Translations under genes and position numbers: made by a program | Part shown: piece after piece, positions 10,848 to 17,842 of the stretch | Numbering within the stretch: the stretch's first letter is position 1 | Layout of the letters: each line of letters begins with the position of its first letter | Notes under the pieces: generated by a model | The model's input: the letters and a program-made list of their open reading frames with translations, nothing else | Databases searched by the model: none | Told to the model about the DNA's origin: nothing | Origin: an uncultured Prevotella sp. | Lineage (GTDB): Bacteria > Bacteroidota > Bacteroidia > Bacteroidales > Bacteroidaceae | NCBI GenBank assembly: GCA_937880835.1 | Contig: CALGRN010000189.1 | Location: 1 to 36,712, forward strand | Direction of reading: 5' to 3' | DNA: 36,712 bases

Positions 10848-10866
10848 AGAGAGCTACGGCTCTTTT
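10848..10866 (+). terminator. Intrinsic terminator
   Basis: AGAGAGC-TACG-GCTCTTTT. Confidence 0.65.
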
Positions 10867-10889
10867 AATTGATATGAAAGGAGACACTA

Positions 10890-10985
10890 TTGGCACAAGG
10901 TGATGTCATATACATGTATGTTAAAAATACTGCTGCGCGAGGTAACGTTAGCGCATTGACAGGTATTACGCTGATGGAAATTTAA
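10890..10985 (+). pseudogene. 31-codon ORF, probably a remnant of a fibre-domain C-terminus
   Basis: Strong SD GAAAGGAG, then TTG start and LAQGDVIYMYVKNTAARGNVSALTGITLMEI-stop. Confidence 0.45.
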
Positions 10986-10992
10986 TAAAAAA

Positions 10993-11029
10993 ATTACAGG
11001 AATTTTCACCTGCTATATTGCTCTAAAAT
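10993..11029 (+). promoter_or_regulatory. Putative late promoter for lysis genes
   Basis: ATTACAGGAATTTT, 17 nt, TAAAAT. Confidence 0.75.
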
Positions 11030-11055
11030 AAAGAGTAGTAAGGAGGTAAAGAATA

Positions 11056-11373
11056 ATGAAAATTGCTAAAGGAACAATAATCAGAACTACCATGATGTTT
11101 ATTGCCGCGCTTAATACGCTTTGTGCGGCGTTCGGGTTCACGACATTAGACATTGACAGCAACATGCTGTATACCATTGTAACGGGTATATTTGACGTAG
11201 CAACGCTTATCCTTGTCTGGTGGAAAGATAACAGTTTTACGGATCGTGCGCTTGCCCTCGAAGAGATAAAAAAAGCCATGAAAGAAGACGGGATAAAGAA
11301 AGTAATATCCATGTTTGGCGAGTTCGGTAAAGCCGTTGAAAATCTGTACGATGAAACTGAGGAGGTAAAATAA
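11056..11373 (+). CDS. Holin, SPP1-family-like
   Basis: GTIIRT..ALN..two TM segments..WWKDNSFT..A. Lies directly upstream of the endolysin. Confidence 0.85.
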   Translation: MKIAKGTIIRTTMMFIAALNTLCAAFGFTTLDIDSNMLYTIVTGIFDVATLILVWWKDNSFTDRALALEEIKKAMKEDGIKKVISMFGEFGKAVENLYDETEEVK

Positions 11374-11374
11374 A

Positions 11375-11908
11375 ATGCTAACCAAAACTCAGCGAAAAGA
11401 ATATTTCAAGACTTTAGGGTTTGGAGAATACAATCCTGCGAATGTACTCAAAGTGCAGAAAAAGTATTTTACGAGAAAAGCAGATCAGGATGGAATATAC
11501 GGAACTAACACGGACAAGCTCATTGTAAACCTATACCGCGTAATGAAGTATGCACCGCATTTTAAGATCACTGAATTTAAGTGCCACTGTAACGGCAAAT
11601 ACTGTACCGGCTATCCGGAATATCTGTCTATTGCAATGCTGAAAAACGTTGAAGCTGTCCGGGTGAAATTCGGAACTACTCATATTGCGTCAGGACTGCG
11701 CTGCAAAAAATGGAATACGCTGCAGGCAGGCAGTGCCAGTCAGTCAAGGCATCTTTCCGGCAAGGCTATTGACCTTTACGGAGATTATACTAAAACATCA
11801 TCCGGCAGAGCAAAAGTAAAATCATTCTGGTACACGCTGTCAAACTCTAATTATTCTTACTATGGCACTTCCAATATGGGAACAAGCATACATTGTGACG
11901 TGCGATAG
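11375..11908 (+). CDS. Endolysin, peptidase M15A-like Zn peptidase with N-terminal PG-binding-like segment
   Basis: DGIYG.NT, EFKCHC, SGLRC..N, SRHLSGKAID and HCDVR motifs. Confidence 0.85.
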   Translation: MLTKTQRKEYFKTLGFGEYNPANVLKVQKKYFTRKADQDGIYGTNTDKLIVNLYRVMKYAPHFKITEFKCHCNGKYCTGYPEYLSIAMLKNVEAVRVKFGTTHIASGLRCKKWNTLQAGSASQSRHLSGKAIDLYGDYTKTSSGRAKVKSFWYTLSNSNYSYYGTSNMGTSIHCDVR

Positions 11909-11919
11909 GAGGGCAACAG

Positions 11920-12228
11920 ATGGTGAACACTGTGGTTATTGCTATATTATCAGCACTCGGTGGGAGTTTATTTACTCTTGTGCTTGGATTCGTAACAGGA
12001 CTGTGGGGATATACAAAGGCGTTTATTAAAGCAGTAAAAGCTACCACACATGACGCACTGTTTAGGCAGGGCAGATCTATAGTAGCACATGGTAATATCA
12101 CTGAAAGCGAGCTTGAAAATTTAGATTTTTTGTTCGACGCGTATCATGGATTGAAAATGAATGGCACAGGTGAGAAACTTTACGAAAAATGCAGAGACTT
12201 ACCGCTGCTGCACGAGGAACGAAGCTGA
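11920..12228 (+). CDS. Membrane protein of the lysis module (holin-like accessory)
   Basis: N-terminal TM helix and the motif Y..L..NGTG..LY....LP. Confidence 0.6.
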   Translation: MVNTVVIAILSALGGSLFTLVLGFVTGLWGYTKAFIKAVKATTHDALFRQGRSIVAHGNITESELENLDFLFDAYHGLKMNGTGEKLYEKCRDLPLLHEERS

Positions 12229-12251
12229 GCGAAAAAACCGGTAAAGAGGGG

Positions 12252-12286
12252 AGGGCATGTTATTCATGAGTAGCATGCCTTTTTTG
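12252..12286 (+). terminator. Intrinsic terminator ending the late/lysis transcript
   Basis: GGCATGTTATTCATGAGTAGCATGCC hairpin followed by a T run. Confidence 0.7.
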
Positions 12287-12381
12287 ATTGAAAATATAAA
12301 AAAGTTTCCTGGATTTTTTCCTAAAAAGACAGGAAAAAAGGACAAATTTAGGTGAATTAAAGCAAAAAAATCAGCGAACAA

Positions 12382-12415
12382 AAAACCCTCGCAATCGTTG
12401 AAATTGCAAGGGTTT
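12382..12415 (-). terminator. Hairpin downstream of the tRNA 3' half (replacement tRNA terminator)
   Basis: AAACCCT-CGCAAT..ATTGCA-AGGGTTT, with a T run on the minus strand. Confidence 0.65.
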
Positions 12416-12420
12416 AGGCT

Positions 12421-12467
12421 TGGTAGTCCCACGGGGAGTCGAACCCCGGATTCCAGCGTGAGAGGCT
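12421..12467 (-). other. attP: attP core: 3' half of tRNA-Glu (anticodon CTC) including CCA
   Basis: Minus strand reads AGC-CTCTCAC-GCTGGAATCCGGGGTTCGACTCCCCGTGGGACTACCA: anticodon loop, T-arm and CCA. No 5' half is present. It sits next to the integrase 3' end. Confidence 0.92.
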
Positions 12468-12494
12468 AACATAAAATAAGTGTTTTCAAGGGTT

Positions 12495-13541
12495 TCAGCC
12501 GATTTTTCCTATTGCAATTCCTGATGGTTGTTTGCTACCGTTGATAAGCTCTCTTGCTTTCTCTAACGATTCATCTGAATCATGCGTATATATCTTAGCT
12601 GTAATTTGTATGTTAGCATGTCCCATAAGCCTTGATGCAATGCTAATTGGTACGCCTTGTTTTTCGAGGTTAGTGCAGTATGTGTGCCGCAGGTCATACA
12701 GTCGCAGAGGCTCTTGAAGCGGATAAGGCGGTACGAGCTTATTACGGTACACCTTGCAGCCGAGTTCAATATTCATGAGCCGCTTTACATTTCTCCACGC
12801 TTTTTCGTTTCGCTGCTTATCCGTGTCACAGACGCTATCAAAAGGAGAGCCTTTGTGTTCTTTGAGGAACGGCACAAAGACATCCGGAATAGGCACATAT
12901 CTATCAGCGTTCGCCGTCTTGGTTCCCGGAATATGAATAATGTTCCTCTTAAAATCAACATCTTTCCAAATGAGTGCACGGGCTTCTCCGGTTCTAAGTC
13001 CGCAATAATACATCAGCTTACATATCATTTCAGCCCGGTGTCCTGCTATAACCTTTAGAAACGCCGCCTCTTCTGCAGCAGTAAGACTCCGCCCTGCTTT
13101 TCGCGGCACTCCCTTAGGCTTCTCGAAGTCAAGGCTGTAATCAGTAGCAGTCAGTCCGTTCTTGTATGCGTATCGGAACAGTTGACATGTAAGATTGTAT
13201 ATCTTCTGGGTATAATCCACGGAATAGACATTGTTATTCAGCATTTCCTGAACATCCAAAGGTTTGATTTTAGACACAGGCTTGTTTCCTAAACCTATAA
13301 GAATGTGTTTCTTAAAAACGGTTTCAAGACCGCTGTATGTTTTATCTGAGACAACAGGCTGCTTATATGTCTCCAGATACTTTGTTCCAAAATCCTTGAG
13401 CAGAGTGTTTTCGTCAATGTAATTGTGGTCGATTTTATGCTTTTTTCGTTTCAGCTTATCAGAAAGATCATTGAGATTATTTGCCTTAATATCAATAGAA
13501 ACGCCTTTGTAGACTTCCTGATGCCGATATTTGTATTTCAT
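12495..13541 (-). CDS. int: Tyrosine integrase
   Basis: Catalytic motifs GLRTGE, TKT, YDLRH, LMGH and IYTH. Start moved to MKYKYRH at 13541 after SD GGAAAGGAG. Confidence 0.95.
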   Translation of the reverse strand: MKYKYRHQEVYKGVSIDIKANNLNDLSDKLKRKKHKIDHNYIDENTLLKDFGTKYLETYKQPVVSDKTYSGLETVFKKHILIGLGNKPVSKIKPLDVQEMLNNNVYSVDYTQKIYNLTCQLFRYAYKNGLTATDYSLDFEKPKGVPRKAGRSLTAAEEAAFLKVIAGHRAEMICKLMYYCGLRTGEARALIWKDVDFKRNIIHIPGTKTANADRYVPIPDVFVPFLKEHKGSPFDSVCDTDKQRNEKAWRNVKRLMNIELGCKVYRNKLVPPYPLQEPLRLYDLRHTYCTNLEKQGVPISIASRLMGHANIQITAKIYTHDSDESLEKARELINGSKQPSGIAIGKIG

Positions 13542-13585
13542 ATTGTATCTCCTTTCCTGCAAAAGAATATAAAAATAGCCTGTAT

Positions 13586-13676
13586 TTGAAATATCAGGCA
13601 GAAAATGATACAATATGAGTGCTAATTCAGGGTTGTATCATTTTCAGCCCGGGTCCCGGGAAACTGGGATCTTTTT
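13586..13676 (+). ncRNA. Putative short antisense RNA / structured element upstream of int
   Basis: TTGAAA-17-TACAAT promoter, 13-bp inverted repeat (13601-13613 / 13633-13645), and GC hairpin plus T5 at 13652-13676. Confidence 0.5.
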
Positions 13677-13685
13677 ATTATTGCT

Positions 13686-14114
13686 TTACTTATTTTCGCT
13701 TCTAACAATGTTAGGTGGCAGTATTATTGGGGGCTGGCCAGACGCGGATGTTACCTGAGCAATCAACATGGAAGCTCTACTCATCAAAACGTTTATTACA
13801 AAATCTCCGTTTTCAATAAATTCTTTAGGCAGATTTTCTTTATTCCATTCGATTTCGTCTTTACGGTCGTTGAATTTTAGAATAGCACTATATGATACTG
13901 ATAAGTAAAAAACTTCGTCAGGATCAAATTTCAATTCTCGCGAAAGGGTGATTTTCAGAAATGACATATCTGCGCTCAGTGAAAAATCCAAATTATCATT
14001 ACATGATAAAGAAAAATTAGTTTTTGCATCGGATACATCTTTTCGTGTATATTCTAGCGATTCAAGAGTTATCTCTTGATTTGGTTCAAAATACTCAACC
14101 AAGTTTTTTATCAT
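13686..14114 (-). CDS. SecB-like chaperone (TAC third component)
   Basis: 142 aa. Four predicted beta strands (FYLSVSYSAILKF), a helix, then the SecB-type C-terminal signature RASMLIAQVTSASGQPPIILPP. Its SD overlaps the upstream hicB stop. Confidence 0.8.
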   Translation of the reverse strand: MIKNLVEYFEPNQEITLESLEYTRKDVSDAKTNFSLSCNDNLDFSLSADMSFLKITLSRELKFDPDEVFYLSVSYSAILKFNDRKDEIEWNKENLPKEFIENGDFVINVLMSRASMLIAQVTSASGQPPIILPPNIVRSENK

Positions 14115-14126
14115 AATAGGACCTCC

Positions 14127-14603
14127 TTAATGAGTTTTATCCCAAAGTTGTGCAACATAATCATTAGTAAAAGGGATAACAGGGTGATTTTTGTTTACAA
14201 CATGCCTGCTTGCGGGGACAACTACCTTATAATGATTTGCCGTTTCACCTAATGAGCGTTCTCTGTTTAAACTAACATAAGATGCACAAGCCTTCTCAAC
14301 AGTTGCATTAAGTGAACAGTCTGCCTTAAAAGATAATATGGCTAGCTGTTTGTGAAGATCAGGGGATATTCGAACATTAAAAGTTCCCTTATACTCTTTA
14401 TCAGGTTCCTTACCCACTTCTTCGCAAAATGCAATATAATCATCCACTGCACTGTGGAATTCGTTTTCTATATCGCTAATATTATCCGTTTCAAAATCAA
14501 CATAATCACTGATGCCGTCAATTTTTCCACGAAGAGTCTTTGTCTCCGAAGAAAACTCTATTCTGGCGTGATATCCTTTGTACTCAAGTATATTATTCAT
14601 CAT
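14127..14603 (-). CDS. hicB: HicB-family antitoxin with RHH domain and ~48-aa C-terminal extension (ChAD-like)
   Basis: LEYKGY.A.IEFS..GKI.GI.D.V.F..FHSAVDDY..C...GKEP.K.YKGTFNVRISPDLH. Extra residues 111-158. Confidence 0.92.
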   Translation of the reverse strand: MMNNILEYKGYHARIEFSSETKTLRGKIDGISDYVDFETDNISDIENEFHSAVDDYIAFCEEVGKEPDKEYKGTFNVRISPDLHKQLAILSFKADCSLNATVEKACASYVSLNRERSLGETANHYKVVVPASRHVVNKNHPVIPFTNDYVAQLWDKTH

Positions 14604-14857
14604 AATTCTCCAAGTTCTTTTAAATAATCACATAAATCTTTTACTGCACCTGCACTCATAATGTTGCCCGGATGCGGCTTGTGCAGTAATATTGCCTTAC
14701 CGTCCATTTCCCTATAAAAGCGTACACGAGAGCCCGAAGTACGACCTTTGTTGTACTCCTTAAAACCCAACTGTGAAAGTAGCTGCTTTGCTTCAGAATA
14801 TTCATAGTCCTTTGGGTGTGTAAGCAATCTGTATTTTGCTTTGTCTAATTTGCTCAT
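14600..14857 (-). CDS. hicA: HicA-family toxin (GSR/HKPHP subtype)
   Basis: MSKLDK..PKDY...E...LL..LGF...NKGRTSGSRVRF..LHKPHPG. Overlaps the hicB start by 4 nt. Confidence 0.9.
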   Translation of the reverse strand: MSKLDKAKYRLLTHPKDYEYSEAKQLLSQLGFKEYNKGRTSGSRVRFYREMDGKAILLHKPHPGNIMSAGAVKDLCDYLKELGEL

Positions 14858-14872
14858 TATCAGCTCCAAGTA

Positions 14873-14921
14873 GCAACTATGATATAGTTGCATTATACAT
14901 TGTTATAACGAAATCTGTCAA
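14873..14921 (-). promoter_or_regulatory. sigmaA promoter and palindromic operator of the hicA-hicB-secB operon
   Basis: TTGACA (14921-14916), 18 nt, TATAAT (14897-14892). Perfect inverted repeat GCAACTAT-gat-ATAGTTGC at 14873-14891. Confidence 0.85.
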
Positions 14922-14966
14922 TATTGTTCACATTGTCATGGCCCCTTTTCATTCACTCCCCGGAAT

Positions 14967-15362
14967 CTATTTCGTCATATATCTGCTAATAGCATCCTGA
15001 ACAAGCTTAGACAGGCTAAGGTCATGGGATTCCAAATAGGTAACCATATATGCCGGGATGGTTATGTTTTTGCGCACAGCCTTGTTTCCGTACCGCTCTG
15101 CGTATGTATCTATATCCAGAACAAGCAGATTAATTATGCCTCCTTCTTCTGGCTGCAGAGCTGAAGCGGCACTTGCAACAGGAAGTGCATTGCCATCTTC
15201 CAGTTCATCAAGAACCCAACCTGCAGCCGCATCAGTTCCCATAAGAATAGCATCGGCAAGGGTATCACCCTCACTGACACAGCCGGGAAGATCAGGAACC
15301 TCAACGGTATAACCATTACCCTCTTCAAACGGATAAAAAATAGCTGGATAAATAAGCTTCAT
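14967..15362 (-). CDS. hicB: HicB-family antitoxin
   Basis: YPAIF..GY.VEVPDLPGC.SEG.TL.DAI.M, with C-terminal VRKNITIP RHH motif. Confidence 0.95.
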   Translation of the reverse strand: MKLIYPAIFYPFEEGNGYTVEVPDLPGCVSEGDTLADAILMGTDAAAGWVLDELEDGNALPVASAASALQPEEGGIINLLVLDIDTYAERYGNKAVRKNITIPAYMVTYLESHDLSLSKLVQDAISRYMTK

Positions 15363-15406
15363 AATTGCGTACTCCTTTCTATGTGCAGATGCTGAAGGGA
15401 GGAGCT

Positions 15407-15589
15407 TTATTCAAGCCCCGCCTGTTTCAGTATCGATTTTGCCGTTCTCTTATCAAGGTCTCCTTTGTGGAAGGGGATTGTTACCTTTCCGGGTTTGCTC
15501 GGATGTTTGTAATGGCGATGAGAGCCTTTTTGGTTTTTTAAGTACCATCCGTTTGCCTTGATGAGTTTTTCGATTTCGGTTGCTCTCAT
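15407..15589 (-). CDS. hicA: HicA-family mRNA interferase toxin
   Basis: 60 aa: GW....QKGSHRHYKHP.KPGKVTIP.H..DL...T.KSILKQAGL, with the catalytic GSH intact. Confidence 0.95.
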   Translation of the reverse strand: MRATEIEKLIKANGWYLKNQKGSHRHYKHPSKPGKVTIPFHKGDLDKRTAKSILKQAGLE

Positions 15590-15612
15590 GTGTTTTTCCT
15601 CCTTGCAATTAT

Positions 15613-15667
15613 ATTATACACACTATACACACTTGAGTCAAGGATAAAATACACATTATACACATTT
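15613..15667 (-). promoter_or_regulatory. sigmaA promoter of the first hicAB with TATACACA direct-repeat operators
   Basis: TTGACT (15641-15636), 17 nt, TATAAT (15618-15613). Two pairs of (T)ATACACA repeats with 10-bp period. Confidence 0.8.
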
Positions 15668-15887
15668 ATTTTATTTCTTTTTCATCTACACTCCTACACT
15701 CATCCTCACAGTCCCCTCTATCAATATGATCCAGTGCGTGCAGATAAGCGGCCTTCTGTTCTTCCGGGGATAGAGAGTCATTTATATATACTGTGTATCC
15801 ATCAGCACACGGCATTACCATTTCTTTGACCGAAGGCGGAGCGGTCACCTGATATACAAAGACATTGTCCCTGTTACGAAAATCCAT
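15666..15887 (-). CDS. Short ImmA/IrrE-like protein (HAxxH variant)
   Basis: DGYTVYINDSLSPEEQKAAYLHALDHI..GD. SD GGGGAGG. Immediately downstream of the repressor. Confidence 0.75.
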   Translation of the reverse strand: MDFRNRDNVFVYQVTAPPSVKEMVMPCADGYTVYINDSLSPEEQKAAYLHALDHIDRGDCEDECRSVDEKEIK

Positions 15888-15888
15888 A

Positions 15889-16248
15889 TCAATCCTCCCC
15901 GGATTCCTGTTTGAATCTTTCAGCCATTTCCACCATGAAGCGGAGATCTTCTTCTTTAACATCTCTGGCAGCAGAGAACAGCGCTCTCAGTCCGGGTTTT
16001 TCAGAGATTTCCTGCGCAAAAGCAGCAGCTTCAGGGTCAAGGTAGTAGGATGGGTTATCATCAACGATATCGGATTTCTTGATGTCAAAATAATCAGCCA
16101 TCTTCTGAATAGCTCCCATTCTGGGCTCTGCTGTACCATTCTCCCAAGTCCAGACAGCTTTATCTGAAACACCAGCAATATCGCCTAATTGTGCCTGTGT
16201 TAAGTTGTACTTCTTTCTTAATGCTTTAATGTTATCTGCAATACTCAT
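15889..16248 (-). CDS. CI/ImmR-like XRE repressor
   Basis: IKALRKKYNLTQAQLG...GVS..AV..WENG..EPR HTH. No S24 peptidase domain. Confidence 0.92.
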   Translation of the reverse strand: MSIADNIKALRKKYNLTQAQLGDIAGVSDKAVWTWENGTAEPRMGAIQKMADYFDIKKSDIVDDNPSYYLDPEAAAFAQEISEKPGLRALFSAARDVKEEDLRFMVEMAERFKQESGED

Positions 16249-16275
16249 TTTATTACCTCCAGTGTGAACATATTG

Positions 16276-16369
16276 TATAGTTAAAATAGAAGAAAATCAA
16301 TAAAAAAACGAAAAAATACTATAAAAAATAGAAAAAAGCGTTGACACTCTAATTAAAATAGATTAAGAT
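16276..16369 (+). promoter_or_regulatory. Lysis-lysogeny switch: rightward promoter and operator repeats
   Basis: TTGACA (16341), 17 nt, TAAGAT (16364). Imperfect palindromes of the type TCTAATTAAAATAGA at about 16276, 16318 and 16348. An exact 21-bp copy of 16344-16364 occurs at 16588-16608. Confidence 0.8.
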
Positions 16370-16399
16370 ATGGGCAACACAAGAAAGGAGATGAGTCTA

Positions 16400-16600
16400 A
16401 TGAGAATAACAATGAAACAGGCAAGAGTAGGAGCGGATATGACGCAGCAGCAGGTTGCAGACCGTTTAGGCGTGCATGTTCAAACATATCAGAGGATGGA
16501 AAATAACCCCGAAGACATTTCAATCAAGCAGGGAAAAAACTTTGCTGATATAGTTGGAGTGAATTTTGAGGATATTTTTTTTAGTAAACACTCTAATTAA
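16400..16600 (+). CDS. Cro-like XRE regulator
   Basis: MKQARVGADMTQQQVADRLGVHVQTYQRMENNP..DIFF. Divergent from the repressor. Confidence 0.9.
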   Translation: MRITMKQARVGADMTQQQVADRLGVHVQTYQRMENNPEDISIKQGKNFADIVGVNFEDIFFSKHSN

Positions 16601-16805
16601 AATAGATTGCATGAAGCGGCTATTTTCTACGAAAACAGCACATTAGGTATTGACAGGTCAATACCTAAACAAGCCATTAAAGGAGGAATGAAAATGCGAA
16701 TCTGCGGAGCAAAAACAATAGCAGAGTTCAAGGAAATCAGGGACGAGAAGATCCAGAGATGGATTGATGATCATTTTATTGAGACCCGGGTATAGGAGGC
16801 AGGTC

Positions 16806-17027
16806 ATGAACTACACAAGCACGCTAAAAGCTCTAAAAAGGTCAGCATCCGGAGCAGAGTTCATAACTGCTTCACAGCTGAAAAAGTGTCTGCACTGTGG
16901 AAACAGTACAACAGAAAAAGTTCTCAGAGGACTTGATCACATCAAATTCGGAGGAGATAGGGCAACCAAGAGATATGACATTGAAGATGTCGCACGCAGG
17001 CTTATCGAAAACAAGACAACCGGATAA
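16806..17027 (+). CDS. Putative excisionase-like DNA-binding protein
   Basis: 73 aa, basic, FIT.SQL..RYDIEDVA winged-HTH-like pattern. Early-operon position with SD AGGAGG. Confidence 0.5.
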   Translation: MNYTSTLKALKRSASGAEFITASQLKKCLHCGNSTTEKVLRGLDHIKFGGDRATKRYDIEDVARRLIENKTTG

Positions 17028-17044
17028 ACGGGAGGTAATCGTTA

Positions 17045-17160
17045 TGAAGAAATACCGAATCAGAGAAAACAGCATAGCCGACTGGATCATAAATCTTTAC
17101 AAGGCTGCAGGGTTAATTCTACTTGTTAGCGCACCGTCGGCAGTAATAGCACTACTTTAG
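17045..17160 (+). CDS. Small membrane protein (approximate start)
   Basis: MKKYRIRENSIADW followed by a hydrophobic helix. SD GGGAGGT. Confidence 0.55.
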
Positions 17161-17170
17161 GAGGCTTGTT

Positions 17171-17707
17171 ATGGGAAACTATTACGATGATATTCCTATC
17201 GGAAAGAGGCATGCAATAAGCAGAGAAACATTGTCGGGGTTATGGAACCTCAGTGACCGGGAGGTGCGCGCTGTAATAGCAGATTTACGGAAACAGGATA
17301 ATAACGATGAATATGTGATTATATCCAGTTCCGGTGGCAAGGGTTACTATCGCACAACAGATATAGAAGAGATTCTTGCATATAAAAAAGAAATTCTGAA
17401 CAGAGCGCGACACACCTACACACCACTCAAGAAGATAAACAGAATTTTAGAAGAGCACGAAGCAGATAATCAGATGGAGTTTGTTTCGGTAAATAATCTG
17501 AGAGCTGCAAGAAAAGAGGCAGGGCTTACAGCGCAAACAGTAGTCGAAGTTATACGACGCGACGCAGATCCGAAATTCAACAAATCCGATATGAGCCGGA
17601 TTGAAAACAATAGGTGCTATCCAACAGCAAAACAGCTGCTGGTTATGAGTAAGCTGTACCGGAAGTCACCTTCTGAGCTAACGGGAATGGAAATATCGCG
17701 AAATTGA
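17171..17707 (+). CDS. Two-domain DNA-binding protein (N-terminal wHTH, C-terminal XRE HTH)
   Basis: IPIGK.HAISRE.L...SDREVR..I..LR..ISSS..GYY, then NLRAARKEAGLT..MSRIEN..P. Confidence 0.75.
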   Translation: MGNYYDDIPIGKRHAISRETLSGLWNLSDREVRAVIADLRKQDNNDEYVIISSSGGKGYYRTTDIEEILAYKKEILNRARHTYTPLKKINRILEEHEADNQMEFVSVNNLRAARKEAGLTAQTVVEVIRRDADPKFNKSDMSRIENNRCYPTAKQLLVMSKLYRKSPSELTGMEISRN

Positions 17708-17842
17708 TTGTGAGACTGCACAGCCATATTACAGCGACTTTTTAATCAAAAAGGTATAAACCCATTACAACGATATTTCATCGAGGTTGCAACTACCATT
17801 TTTTGCGCCTCAAGCACACATGACAAATAAGGAGACTACAAT

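Noticed and set aside
6053..10985. Diversity-generating retroelement or invertible tail-fibre switch
   Set aside because: I saw no reverse transcriptase, no TR/VR pair and no invertase.
12421..12467. Functional phage tRNA-Glu
   Set aside because: The 5' acceptor strand and D-arm are missing. It is the attP core.
12680..12700. Integrase inactive because HxxR reads YDLR
   Set aside because: Tyr at this position occurs in other tyrosine recombinases, and the remaining catalytic residues are present.
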